Made by a program: the position numbers and the translations under genes. 48,154 nt of DNA from Aquificota bacterium (lineage in GTDB: Bacteria > Thermosulfidibacterota > Thermosulfidibacteria > Thermosulfidibacterales > B14-G1). The notes beneath the pieces were generated by a model. The model did no database searches, was not told the origin of the DNA, and saw only the letters and a program-made list of their open reading frames with translations. The DNA lies in NCBI GenBank assembly GCA_015486105.1, contig WFSI01000093.1, forward strand, positions 1 through 48,154, given 5' to 3'. Below are positions 9,378 to 18,865 of the stretch, piece after piece. Each line of letters starts with the position of its first letter. Within the stretch, counting starts at the first letter, position 1.

Positions 9378-9922
9378 CACAACTCCTCAGAAAGGGCCTT
9401 GATTCCCCGATATATATAGTCCAGTCCTGATACCATAGTGGCCATAAAGGTGACCAGCTCTAAAGCCGCTAAAAGATGATCCGTGGAAAGGGACAGGCCA
9501 TGAAAGAGAAGAGTGGCAAAAACCGTAACCACCTGGAAAAAGGTAGTTCCTTTACCTAAGAAAGAAGGACTAACCTCCACTACTCCCCCAAAAAAAAGGG
9601 CGGTCAGTACTACCCCTCCTACCAGCAACACATCTCGAGAGACCACAGTAATGGCCAACCAAGGAGGAGTATAATTCATAAAAGCCATAGTTATAAAGGC
9701 TCCATCTAAAAGAACCTTATCTGCCAAGGGATCCAAAAGAGTGCCCAGATAACTCTTCTGGTTAAAGCGCTTGGCTATGTATCCATCCAAGAGATCCGTA
9801 AAGGAGGCTAAAATAAAGATAGTCAAACCCAATACCACCCTTTTATACACTAAGGCCGTCACAAAAAATGGAACGGAGCAAAGCCTGAGAAGAGTGAGAA
9901 GATTGGGAATAGTGATTACCAC
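9377..9922 (-). CDS. CDP-alcohol phosphatidyltransferase (PgsA/cardiolipin synthase-like)
   Basis: TIPNLLTLLR and the signature TDLLDGYIAKR...GTLLDPLADK. GTG start at 9922 preferred. Confidence 0.9.
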   Translation of the reverse strand: MVITIPNLLTLLRLCSVPFFVTALVYKRVVLGLTIFILASFTDLLDGYIAKRFNQKSYLGTLLDPLADKVLLDGAFITMAFMNYTPPWLAITVVSRDVLLVGGVVLTALFFGGVVEVSPSFLGKGTTFFQVVTVFATLLFHGLSLSTDHLLAALELVTFMATMVSGLDYIYRGIKALSEEL

Positions 9923-9923
9923 A

Positions 9924-10325
9924 TTAATCCCCCAAGATGCTGCCCTCACTCCTTAGGGCATCTTGAAGATACTCCGAATCAATATAGACTTCTACTTTCA
10001 CATGCCACTCCCCACCTTCCAAGGATTGCCCCTCCTGAGGAGGAGTGAAGGAAGCTTCCAAGACCCTATACTTCACTATAAACTCCTTTAACCTACCCTT
10101 TATACTATCCATAAAGGACTCTACCGTGACGGTATCCTCCTCAAGAAGGGAAACCTCCCGTTTCACTGCCTGGAAAAGAGCCTCCTCTAAAGCCTCATGG
10201 TAAGCCTGAGGTCTATCTTCTCCCTTCACAGCCACCTGAGCCTCCCCCTCAGACCTCACCAAAAGGCCTTGACTGAAAGCCGCCAAGGCAAGAAAAACCG
10301 CTAAAGCTCCCAAGAAAACCCTCAC
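9924..10325 (-). CDS. Secreted hypothetical protein, FlgT-N-like domain
   Basis: Signal peptide followed by VRSEGEA...AYHEALEEALFQAV; tightly packed between rdgB and the CDP-alcohol transferase. Confidence 0.55.
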   Translation of the reverse strand: MRVFLGALAVFLALAAFSQGLLVRSEGEAQVAVKGEDRPQAYHEALEEALFQAVKREVSLLEEDTVTVESFMDSIKGRLKEFIVKYRVLEASFTPPQEGQSLEGGEWHVKVEVYIDSEYLQDALRSEGSILGD

Positions 10326-10930
10326 AAATCCCTCTCCAAAAGACGGGCCAAGATTTCAACCATCTTTTCCAGAGCCTTGGCCCGGTGGCTTATCCTATTC
10401 TTTTCTTCAGGAGGAAGCTGAGCCATAGTTTTACCGTAAGAGGGAAGGTAGAAAACAGGATCATAGCCAAATCCACTCTTACCCCGAGGCTCCTGGCCAA
10501 CAAAACCCTCACAAACACCTTCCACCACATACTCCTCACCCCGAGGAGTGACCAAGGCCATGACACAACGAAACCTGGCCTTTCTCTCCCCCAGTGGCAC
10601 ACCCTCAAGCCTTTTCAGGAGAAGGGCGCTCCTTTCATCATCCCCTAAACCCTCGCCACCAAACCGGGCAGAATATACCCCAGGCCCACCCCCCAATGCA
10701 TCCACCTCCAAACCAGAATCATCAGCCAAGGCTATTAATCCAGTGAAGCGGGCTACAGACCTAGCCTTTTTTAATGCATTATCGACAAAGGAATCTCCAT
10801 TCTCCTCCACAGATGGTATAGATGGGAAGGCATCCATAGAGAGGACCTCCCAACCTTTATCTGCCAGCAGGGCTTTCAGCTCCCGGATCTTTCCAGGATT
10901 TTTTGTAGCTACTACCAACTTAATAATCAC
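10322..10930 (-). CDS. rdgB: XTP/dITP diphosphatase (Ham1)
   Basis: ATKNPGKIRE, ADDSGL, PGVYSARF, GFGYDPVF and KNRISHR. GTG start at 10930 with a GGGGGAG RBS. Confidence 0.96.
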   Translation of the reverse strand: MIIKLVVATKNPGKIRELKALLADKGWEVLSMDAFPSIPSVEENGDSFVDNALKKARSVARFTGLIALADDSGLEVDALGGGPGVYSARFGGEGLGDDERSALLLKRLEGVPLGERKARFRCVMALVTPRGEEYVVEGVCEGFVGQEPRGKSGFGYDPVFYLPSYGKTMAQLPPEEKNRISHRAKALEKMVEILARLLERDL

Positions 10931-10962
10931 ATCTCCCCCGGTTGATGGGTAAACACTTTTCC

Positions 10963-11035
10963 CATATAGGATACCTACAGGGTTCATTTCAAGGGAGAGG
11001 CCTTTCTTGAAATGGATAGTGAGGAGGGATAAAGT
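10963..11035. promoter_or_regulatory. Back-to-back divergent sigma70-type promoters (rdgB operon / DUF507-bamD operon)
   Basis: The inverted repeat CATTTCAAG...CTTGAAATG (10985-11014) supplies TTGAAA on each strand. Plus strand: TTGAAA-17-TAAAGT (11007-11035). Minus strand: TTGAAA-18-TATATG. Confidence 0.45.
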
Positions 11036-11056
11036 CAACCACTTTAGGGGGTGGTA

Positions 11057-11341
11057 ATGAAGTTAAAAGAGGAGCATATCCAACAAATCGCCAAGGTCAT
11101 GGCCAGAAGAGCCGTAAGGGATGGGTTGGTCCAGGGGAAAGAGCCCTTAGAAGAAAGGATTAGCAGAGTCATCTTTAAGGTAATCCAAGCAGACATGGCA
11201 AAAGAAAAGGCCATAGACCAAGAAGCCCACGATCTTCTCAAGGAACACATAAAAGATATAGAAGCTCATAGTATCAGCTACCACAAGATGTTTCAAAGGG
11301 TTAAAGAGAAATTGGCCCGGGAAAGGGGCCTCATCTTATGA
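11057..11341 (+). CDS. DUF507 family protein
   Basis: MKLKEEHI...EKAIDQEA...YHKMFQRVKEKLARERGLIL pattern. Confidence 0.8.
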   Translation: MKLKEEHIQQIAKVMARRAVRDGLVQGKEPLEERISRVIFKVIQADMAKEKAIDQEAHDLLKEHIKDIEAHSISYHKMFQRVKEKLARERGLIL

Positions 11342-11610
11342 GTTTCAGCAGGGAAAGGGTTTTCCACTTAGTGACCCTCATCGTAGAAGGACTGGAGAAA
11401 GAGGAAATCACTATTCCCGAGCCAGAAAAGCTGAGGGGCCGCCTCACTCGGGTTTTCAGCGACGAGCTCCGGATATTAGAAACCATAGACCAGGATGTAA
11501 GGTCCAAGATAGGGAAGATGAGCAAGCCCATGGCCGAAGGAAGCGGAGAGTGGAAGGCCCTTTACGAAAGGTTTTTTGACGAAGAGTGGAAAAGGAGACT
11601 AAAATTGTGA
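11338..11610 (+). CDS. DUF507 family protein (second paralog)
   Basis: SRERVFHL...IDQDVRSKI...EGSGEW..LY.RFFDEE pattern; ATGA coupling to the previous gene. Confidence 0.8.
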   Translation: MSFSRERVFHLVTLIVEGLEKEEITIPEPEKLRGRLTRVFSDELRILETIDQDVRSKIGKMSKPMAEGSGEWKALYERFFDEEWKRRLKL

Positions 11611-12395
11611 GAAGGCTTCTCCTCCTTACCCTTCTTCTACCTCTCTTAGGAGGATGCCTCTTTTGGGGAAAGGGAAAGGAAAAGAAAGAAAACTCTTCTT
11701 CTCCCGAAGAACTCTACACAACAGGAGAGCAAGCCCTCTTTAACAGAAAATTCGGCACAGCTAAGGAACGATTCAAAAAGCTATTAGAAGCATCCCCAGA
11801 AAGCGAATTCTCCCGAACCGCTAGGTTAGGACTGGCCGAAGCCTACTTCAGAGATGGAGATTACGAAGAAGCTGCTCAGGCCTATAAGGACTATTTAGAC
11901 CTGCACCCTTTGAGCCCCAACTCCGATTACGTCCAATACAAGCTGGGCATGTGCTACTATAAACTTATGCTTCCCCCCGATAGAGATCAAAAATACACCC
12001 AAGAAGCTATCAAGGCCTTTGAAAAACTGATCAAGATTTACCCCACAAGTCCTTGGACAATCAGGGGCGCTCAACTCCTCAAAGAGTGCAAGGAAAAGTT
12101 GGCCCAACATGACATCTACGTGGGTAAATTCTACTATAAAGTGAAAGAGTACAAGGCAGCCCGGCTCCGTTTTCAAGCCGCTTACGACCGGGTAAAAGAA
12201 GGGGAATCGGCCGCCGAAGCTCTGTATTGGTTGGGTAAGACTTATCAAACCTTAGGGAAGAAGAAAAAGGCCATAGAGTGCTATCAAAAGGTAGTAAAAG
12301 AATATGGTATGTGGGGAGATGTAGACAAAGCCGAGGAGGCCTTAGAAGACCTGCAGAAAAATAGAAAAAGAAGAAAAAGGTTCCTCCTCTTTTAA
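11607..12395 (+). CDS. bamD: Outer membrane protein assembly factor BamD (TPR lipoprotein)
   Basis: Lipobox LGGC, TPR repeats, PDRDQ..T..A...F and LAQHDIYVGKFY. GTG start at 11607. Confidence 0.9.
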   Translation: MRRLLLLTLLLPLLGGCLFWGKGKEKKENSSSPEELYTTGEQALFNRKFGTAKERFKKLLEASPESEFSRTARLGLAEAYFRDGDYEEAAQAYKDYLDLHPLSPNSDYVQYKLGMCYYKLMLPPDRDQKYTQEAIKAFEKLIKIYPTSPWTIRGAQLLKECKEKLAQHDIYVGKFYYKVKEYKAARLRFQAAYDRVKEGESAAEALYWLGKTYQTLGKKKKAIECYQKVVKEYGMWGDVDKAEEALEDLQKNRKRRKRFLLF

Positions 12396-12410
12396 AGGGA
12401 GGTAAAAAAT

Positions 12411-12941
12411 ATGAATCCCTTAGATATCCTTTTAGGGCTTATCATCCTGTTTTTTGTCATTTTAGGGCTTTACAGGGGTTTTTTCCGGGAGATAATGTCC
12501 CTCTTAGGTTTCATCCTGGGGCTATATCTGGCCCTTCACTTTTATGCCCCCTTAGCCCACTGGGCCATTAAATGGTTTCCCTCTTTTCCTGCCTTAGTAA
12601 ATGTTTTTTCCTTCTTAATCATATTCCTTACCACAGTCCTTTTGGCTGCCGGTGTGGGGGTAATATTCAAAAAGCTCATCATCATTGCTGATCTAAAGAT
12701 TACCGATAGGCTCTTAGGAGGCCTGTTTGGCTTTGGCAAGGCTTTCCTAATAAATTCTCTCATCGTCATATTTTTAGTAGCCTTTGTCCCCCAAGGAGAA
12801 AAACTGGTAAGGAACTCCCCTTTGGCTAAAACCACCCAACACCTTACTCAAATAGTACTAAGATTTGCACCTCCAGAGTTGAAGCATAAATTTTTTAACG
12901 GGCAGCAAAAGACCAACTCTATGGAGGAAGGGCATGATTAG
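12411..12941 (+). CDS. cvpA: CvpA family membrane protein
   Basis: MNPLDI...GLYRGFFRE and DRLLGGLFG; several TM segments. Confidence 0.9.
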   Translation: MNPLDILLGLIILFFVILGLYRGFFREIMSLLGFILGLYLALHFYAPLAHWAIKWFPSFPALVNVFSFLIIFLTTVLLAAGVGVIFKKLIIIADLKITDRLLGGLFGFGKAFLINSLIVIFLVAFVPQGEKLVRNSPLAKTTQHLTQIVLRFAPPELKHKFFNGQQKTNSMEEGHD

Positions 12942-13731
12942 AAAACCAGCAGTAGCAGGATACTTTTATCCCCGGGACCCCATAAGACTCCGGGAGATGA
13001 TTGAACAGTTCCTGGTTCCCCAAGCTGACAGGATCAAGGCCTCAGGGGCATTATGTCCTCATGCAGGTTACATGTATTCAGGTCCTGTAGCCGGAGCTGT
13101 TTACTCCCATATCCAGATTCCCGAGAGGGTGATCCTCATTGGACCCAACCACACGGGTTTAGGGGCAAAAGCCTCGATCATGACCCAAGGATCATGGCTC
13201 ACCCCTTTTGGTGAGGTAGAGGTAGATACCACTTTAGCTTCCAAAATTTTGGAATATTCCCAGCACATCAAAGAAGACACCCAGGCCCATCTGGCAGAAC
13301 ACTCCTTAGAAGTCCAAATCCCCTTCCTCCAGTATTTCAAACCCCAAGTCAAAATCGTGCCCATCACCATCATGGGGATCTCCTACAGCACAGCCCAAGA
13401 GATAGGAGAAGCCATAGGCAAAGCCGTAGCTTCCCAGGAAACAGTTATCATAGCCAGCTCTGACATGACCCATTACGAACCCCAAAAAGCCGCCGCCAAT
13501 AAGGACCACAAGGCCTTAGAAGCCATCCTCAAATTAGACCCCCAAGAACTCTATGAGAGGGTTACGACCATGGATATCTCCATGTGTGGAGTAATGCCCA
13601 CTATAGCCACTTTAATAGCCTGCATACACTTGGGATGTAAAAAAGCCCAGCTTATCCGTTACATGACCTCAGGAGATACCACAGGAGATTACTCCCAGGT
13701 AGTAGGATACGCTGGGGTAGTCATCCACTAA
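12934..13731 (+). CDS. amrB: MEMO1-family protein (AmmeMemoRadiSam system protein B)
   Basis: RKPAVAGYFYP, PHAGYMYSG, GPNH, EHSLEVQIPFLQ, SSDMTHY, MCG and VVGYA. Confidence 0.92.
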   Translation: MIRKPAVAGYFYPRDPIRLREMIEQFLVPQADRIKASGALCPHAGYMYSGPVAGAVYSHIQIPERVILIGPNHTGLGAKASIMTQGSWLTPFGEVEVDTTLASKILEYSQHIKEDTQAHLAEHSLEVQIPFLQYFKPQVKIVPITIMGISYSTAQEIGEAIGKAVASQETVIIASSDMTHYEPQKAAANKDHKALEAILKLDPQELYERVTTMDISMCGVMPTIATLIACIHLGCKKAQLIRYMTSGDTTGDYSQVVGYAGVVIH

Positions 13732-14198
13732 CTCCGCAATGTAGCCTTTAGCCTCTTAGGCTCCAAGAATAAACCAAGGGCACCCGCAGCATCCCCCATC
13801 AACACATGGGCCTTAGTAAGCAAGGGTGGATAAAGTCCCTCCCCTCCAAGAAGGGCAATAGCCAAATCCCCCTCCTCCATCATGAGAAGGTCATTGGAAC
13901 CGTTGCCTAAAACCGCTACTCCTCCCTCCAAAGAAGAAACAAACCGGGCCTTAGACTCCCTCTCCTGCCCAGGCTCCAAGATGAAAAGGTCCACAGGTAA
14001 GCCCTGGAGTTCCTCCTTAGCCATACCAAAAGTATCAGCAGTAATTATGTGAATCTTTAAGAAAGGGGCAATCTCGGAAAGGCTTTCCCTTACCCCCGGA
14101 GTAAGCCTTCCATCCAAGGCCAACGTGCCATTATAATCAGAAACGAGGTGGGAAAGCCTCAGAAAGCCGAATCCCGGAATGTCAATTTCTATAGGCAA
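13728..14198 (-). CDS. HAD-superfamily hydrolase (soluble P-type ATPase-like, COG4087)
   Basis: DYNGTLALDG, TADTFG, GNGSND and a C-terminal RLKATLR. Confidence 0.85.
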   Translation of the reverse strand: MPIEIDIPGFGFLRLSHLVSDYNGTLALDGRLTPGVRESLSEIAPFLKIHIITADTFGMAKEELQGLPVDLFILEPGQERESKARFVSSLEGGVAVLGNGSNDLLMMEEGDLAIALLGGEGLYPPLLTKAHVLMGDAAGALGLFLEPKRLKATLRS

Positions 14199-15126
14199 GA
14201 AGGATACGCCCCAGTTTCAAGTAGTAATAAGGATTGACGGCCACCTTACCCACCCTTACCTCATAATGTAGATGGGGAGCCGTACTCCTTCCTGTATTCC
14301 CCACCCGAGCTATAACTTGGTCCCTCTTCACCTTTTCTCCAACCCTAACGAGAATCTTGGAACAATGACCATATCGGGTAGAAAAACCATAGCCATGATC
14401 CACCACCACCATTTTGCCGTATCCCCCATTCCTCCCAGCAAAGACGACCACCCCGTCAGCGGGAACCCGAATAGGGGCACCCACAGGGGCTGCAATGTCT
14501 ATCCCTTCGTGGAATTCCCTTCTACCTGTGAAAGGACTTTTTCGGTACCCAAAGGGAGAAGTGATCCATCCTCTAACGGGATACCCCAAAGGGGTATGGG
14601 CTAAAAGAGCTTCCCTACTCCTCAGAAACTCCTCTAAGATATGAAAGCTCTCCCCTTGGACCTCAGCTGATCTTCTCACCCTAAAAAGGTCCCTCTTAAA
14701 GTCCATAATGAGCCTCTGGGTATTCTCCCTCAAGCCCTTCATCCTCTTTCTGAGGACAAACTCCTCCGGTCCCCCTAAGGCCAGGGTCTTATCCCCAGAA
14801 TCCAAATGGGCCAGTTTCCTAATCCTATTATCCATAATCTGGAGGCGAATCATACTGTCCTCAGTATCCTTCAACTCCATGGCCAGCTTTCTAAACTCCA
14901 ACTGATAGGAAGCCACCTTTTCCTCCAGCCTGTCGGCTTCCCTGGCCCTTAGGCTCCTCTGCACATAACCCGCTAAGAGAAGAGCATTGGCACCTGCGAT
15001 GCCTAAAAGCATCAGCAAGACCACAAGGAGAGAAAAAAGACTAAAGGTGATCTCCTTTTTCTTCTCATAACTGGAGAAAAGGAGGATAGCATAGCGCTTC
15101 TTCCGTAACCTCCCCATAAAACCCAT
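14182..15126 (-). CDS. M23 family metallopeptidase with N-terminal TM and coiled coil
   Basis: HEGID, YGH and GRSTAPHLHYEV motifs. Confidence 0.93.
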   Translation of the reverse strand: MGFMGRLRKKRYAILLFSSYEKKKEITFSLFSLLVVLLMLLGIAGANALLLAGYVQRSLRAREADRLEEKVASYQLEFRKLAMELKDTEDSMIRLQIMDNRIRKLAHLDSGDKTLALGGPEEFVLRKRMKGLRENTQRLIMDFKRDLFRVRRSAEVQGESFHILEEFLRSREALLAHTPLGYPVRGWITSPFGYRKSPFTGRREFHEGIDIAAPVGAPIRVPADGVVVFAGRNGGYGKMVVVDHGYGFSTRYGHCSKILVRVGEKVKRDQVIARVGNTGRSTAPHLHYEVRVGKVAVNPYYYLKLGRILLAYRN

Positions 15127-15246
15127 CTACACCTCCTCCACTGGTTTCTTAAAAGCACATCTCCATCCATTTTTCAAGGTTAAACTTCTTTCTATTTTTC
15201 ACCTTTCTTGACCAATATACCTTAGAGGGATAAGGATGGCCCTTTG

Positions 15247-16119
15247 ATGAGGGAAAAAATACGCATAGAGGATCTCCTCACTATAGCCTTCTGCGGTATC
15301 ATGGCCCTACTCACCCTTCTAAACAGTGAGAGAATACCTCAATGGGCCATTCATGTAGCCATAGACCTCACTACAGCCGTAGTTTGTATCATCATACCAT
15401 GGGCCACAGCAGGGAAAACCGATTCCTTCTCCTTCCATCTACGTCACTGGTACGTACTGGTGGTAGTACCCCTGAACTTTATGAATCTCAAAGGGGTGAT
15501 TCATGGAATCAACCCACGAAACTTCGACCACCTTCTTATAAAGATCGATCACTGGATTTTTGGGGTAAACCCCACCCAATGGATCCAGCACATCATCAAC
15601 CCATGGCTCACAGAGTACCTCCAGTGGGCGTATATGTCTTACTTCCTCATCCCTGTAATCCTGGGCATAGTTCTCTACAAAGAAAAACGCTATCATGATT
15701 TTAGGGTATCGGCCACAGTAATCCTTTTGGCCTTTTACCTCTCTTATTTAGGATACTTAGTAGTACCTGCCGTAGGACCTCGTTTCACTTTGCCTCATCA
15801 GATCCCTCTCCAGGGAGTGTTCCTCACTCACGAGCTCAAGGACCTCCTAAATATCTTAGAACCCACCCCCCACGATTGCTTCCCCAGCGGCCATACCGCT
15901 GTAGCCCTGGCCTGCGTCTTCTTAGCAGCCAGGTACAATCGAAGGCTCTTCTGGATTTACGTGCCCACCGTCTCCAGCCTCATTTTTTCCACAGTATACC
16001 ACCGGTATCACTATGTGATAGATGTAATAGCAGGTATACTTCTGGCTTTAATCGCCTGGTGGTGGGGTAATTGGCTTTTCTCATGGTGGGAGGACCACAC
16101 CCAGAACCACGAGGGATAA
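15247..16119 (+). CDS. PAP2-family integral membrane phosphatase/phosphotransferase (Aur1/IPCS-like subgroup)
   Basis: PAVGPRF, CFPSGH and HRYHYVIDV; multiple TM segments. Confidence 0.87.
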   Translation: MREKIRIEDLLTIAFCGIMALLTLLNSERIPQWAIHVAIDLTTAVVCIIIPWATAGKTDSFSFHLRHWYVLVVVPLNFMNLKGVIHGINPRNFDHLLIKIDHWIFGVNPTQWIQHIINPWLTEYLQWAYMSYFLIPVILGIVLYKEKRYHDFRVSATVILLAFYLSYLGYLVVPAVGPRFTLPHQIPLQGVFLTHELKDLLNILEPTPHDCFPSGHTAVALACVFLAARYNRRLFWIYVPTVSSLIFSTVYHRYHYVIDVIAGILLALIAWWWGNWLFSWWEDHTQNHEG

Positions 16120-16138
16120 GGACTACCTGGGAGGGACC

Positions 16139-17749
16139 TTGAGGGCACCAGAGGAGCTTGCCGGCACACCTTCCCCCCAAGAATCTCAAAGGGGAGTGGC
16201 AGGGGCCACCCTCACCATCGGCTCCTTTACCCTTATAAGCAGGATCCTGGGTTTCGCCCGGGACATACTCATAGCCAGTCTCTTGGGAACCTCCAACACC
16301 GCCGACGCCTTCTTTGTAGCCTTTCGTATTCCCAATCTCTTCAGAAGACTCCTGGGGGAAGGGGCTCTAAGTGCCGCTTTCATACCTGTCTTTACCCAGT
16401 ATCACCTCAAATCACCTCAGGAAGAGACCCAAGAATTTTTAAACAGCGCTTTTTCCTTCTTCTTCACCATTTTGCTAATCCTCCTAATCACAGGGGAGGC
16501 CTTCACCCCATGGCTGGTAAAAATCACTGCTCCAGGATTCTCCCGCATTCCAGCCAAAATGGCCCTCACCGTATCCCTCACCCGCATCACCTTCCCTTAC
16601 ATCTTCTTCATAGGTCTGGCTGTTCTCACCATGGCCCTCCTCAACGCCCTCCAGCGATTCGCCATTCCCGCCTTCAGCCCGGTGCTCTTAAACCTCTCCA
16701 TGATTGCCGCCTTACTCCTGGCCTACAAAAAACCGGGGGCCGTCTTCTTTCTGGCCTGGGGGGTGATAATAGGAGGAATCCTTCAGTTTTTTCTCCAGGC
16801 AGGAACCATCTATAAAATGGGGTGGAGGCTCAAGCCCACCCTAAACCTTTTCCATCCTGGCGTATTAGAGACAGCCACCCTTATGCTCCCATCCGTTCTG
16901 GGTTTAGCGGTAAACCAGATTAACACCTTTGTGGACACTATCCTGGCCTCCCTTCTTCCGACAGGGAGTGTCTCCTATCTCTACTACGCTAACAGACTGG
17001 TCCAGTTCCCTCTGGGTCTCTTTGGCATCGCTTTAGGAACAGCCATACTCCCTACCCTCTCTCGGCAACAAACCTTAGAAGACAGAGCGTCCTTCAAAGA
17101 AACCTTCACCTTTGGCCTCTCCTTAGTTCTCTTCATCACTCTCCCTGCCCTAATGTGGCTCCTCATATTTGCCACACCCACCATATCCACCCTCTTCCAA
17201 AGATCAGCCTTCACTTGGAGGGCAGCCCAAGCCACAGGACAAGCCCTCTTTTGCTATGCCTTGGGACTGGGCTCCTTTGCCATGGTAAAAGTAGTGGTAC
17301 CCGTTTTCTACGCCAAAAAGGATATGAAAACCCCCGTCAAAGTTGCTGTCATCACTCTATTCCTTAACATCATCCTCAACCTTATCCTAATGATTCCATT
17401 GAAACATGCGGGCTTAGCTTTGGCCACTTCCATAGCCTCAACCTTCAACCTGCTCCTCCTTCTCCTTATCCTGGACAAAAGGGGTGAAGGCCCCCATTGG
17501 AATTCCTTGGGAAAGGCCACTGTCAGAAACCTCCCCCCCCTCTTAGGCCTCATTGCAGGCTCCCTTTTGTACGTCCATTTTCTGCCCTTTCACCCTCAAC
17601 AAGCCACTTGGGAGAAAGGGATGTGGATCCTGGGAGCCATACTTCAAGGAGGTGCCCTCTATCTTTTAGGGGCCTGGTGGACTAAGAGCCAAGAGCTGAA
17701 AGTCCTATGGGATATCCTCTTTAGAAAAACTAGCATGAAAGAGAGTTGA
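16139..17749 (+). CDS. murJ: Lipid II flippase MurJ (MviN)
   Basis: SRILGFARD, AFRIPNLFRRLLGEGA and YANRLVQFPLG. Confidence 0.95.
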   Translation: MRAPEELAGTPSPQESQRGVAGATLTIGSFTLISRILGFARDILIASLLGTSNTADAFFVAFRIPNLFRRLLGEGALSAAFIPVFTQYHLKSPQEETQEFLNSAFSFFFTILLILLITGEAFTPWLVKITAPGFSRIPAKMALTVSLTRITFPYIFFIGLAVLTMALLNALQRFAIPAFSPVLLNLSMIAALLLAYKKPGAVFFLAWGVIIGGILQFFLQAGTIYKMGWRLKPTLNLFHPGVLETATLMLPSVLGLAVNQINTFVDTILASLLPTGSVSYLYYANRLVQFPLGLFGIALGTAILPTLSRQQTLEDRASFKETFTFGLSLVLFITLPALMWLLIFATPTISTLFQRSAFTWRAAQATGQALFCYALGLGSFAMVKVVVPVFYAKKDMKTPVKVAVITLFLNIILNLILMIPLKHAGLALATSIASTFNLLLLLLILDKRGEGPHWNSLGKATVRNLPPLLGLIAGSLLYVHFLPFHPQQATWEKGMWILGAILQGGALYLLGAWWTKSQELKVLWDILFRKTSMKES

Positions 17750-18865
17750 TCCCTCCTCCCTTCTCACCACCAGCCTTCCCCCGTGCTTCTTAACCACTTC
17801 ATGAAACACTGCCACGCTCCAATGGTGAAAGGCTGGCTCCTGTTGGGCATGAGCCCAGGGCTGAAACATGGTGACCAGAACCCCTTCCGGCACCTCCACC
17901 CCTCGAAGTTTAGCTACAAGCTCCATAACTCCATCCTTCACCTGGGCCTCTATCCCCAGGTCTCCCTTGAGGGGACAGAAGTCCCTGCAAGTCTGGTGGG
18001 CCCCCTTCACCATATAAAGAAGCCCCTTAGTGAAAAGGGTCTTATTTCCCTTCACAACAAAAGTGGAAGGGACCACATGAAAAGAGATCCCAAGAGAACC
18101 CAAATATCTGGAAAGATTTAACTTCTTGGCCTCCTCGCTCCAAACGAGATCGGGAAGAATCCGAATCACCTCCATAAGATCCAGAGACTCATATACATGC
18201 TCTCCCTTGACCCTGATGAAATCTGTGTACTCGTCCACGGCCTCCTCCAGGTTTTCCAAGGCCTCCTCCATCATCCGAAAATAGGGATTGCCTTCCTCAT
18301 CCATGCACTCCTTGGAGATGATCCTCAAATAACCACCCAAAGGCATCACGGCATTGCGCACGGTATGAGCCATATACCTGGAAACCCCCTCTAAAACCTT
18401 CAGCTCCTCCACAGCACGGCGGTGGGTAATATCGGTAAAGGTCCTGATCACCCCCCTGGTCCCTCTATCAAGACCCCAAGGATAGGTCCTCACCTCAAAG
18501 ACCCTCTTCTCACCACCTATGAGAAGAACCAACTCCTCCTCCTCTCCCTCTCCCTTAAACATCACCCGCTTGCAAGAGATACCCCTGCAGGGAATGAGGG
18601 ATCCTTGGATGACCTCGTAGCACTTCTTTCCTTCATACTCACCGGGAATCCTAAAAAGCTCTCTCATGTATCTGTTCAAAACCAGAATGTTCATCTCATC
18701 ATCTATCACCAAAATACCCTCATAAAGGGCATCAAAGGCCGCACCCAGAATCGCCCCAAGCTCCTTGAGCCTTCTATCCTTTTCCCTGGCCCTAACCCTG
18801 AGCTTAGCTAGACTCTTCTCATGGGGGGATATCTTCTTAATTTTCCGAGCTTTTACCTGGGACAT
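17705..18865 (-). CDS. PAS-domain histidine-kinase-like protein with degenerate ATP-binding domain
   Basis: PAS with KCY..PC...C, DIT linker and H-box MAHTVRNAV; the N, G1 and G2 boxes are not recognisable. Confidence 0.75.
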   Translation of the reverse strand: MSQVKARKIKKISPHEKSLAKLRVRAREKDRRLKELGAILGAAFDALYEGILVIDDEMNILVLNRYMRELFRIPGEYEGKKCYEVIQGSLIPCRGISCKRVMFKGEGEEEELVLLIGGEKRVFEVRTYPWGLDRGTRGVIRTFTDITHRRAVEELKVLEGVSRYMAHTVRNAVMPLGGYLRIISKECMDEEGNPYFRMMEEALENLEEAVDEYTDFIRVKGEHVYESLDLMEVIRILPDLVWSEEAKKLNLSRYLGSLGISFHVVPSTFVVKGNKTLFTKGLLYMVKGAHQTCRDFCPLKGDLGIEAQVKDGVMELVAKLRGVEVPEGVLVTMFQPWAHAQQEPAFHHWSVAVFHEVVKKHGGRLVVRREEGSTLFHASFSKEDIP

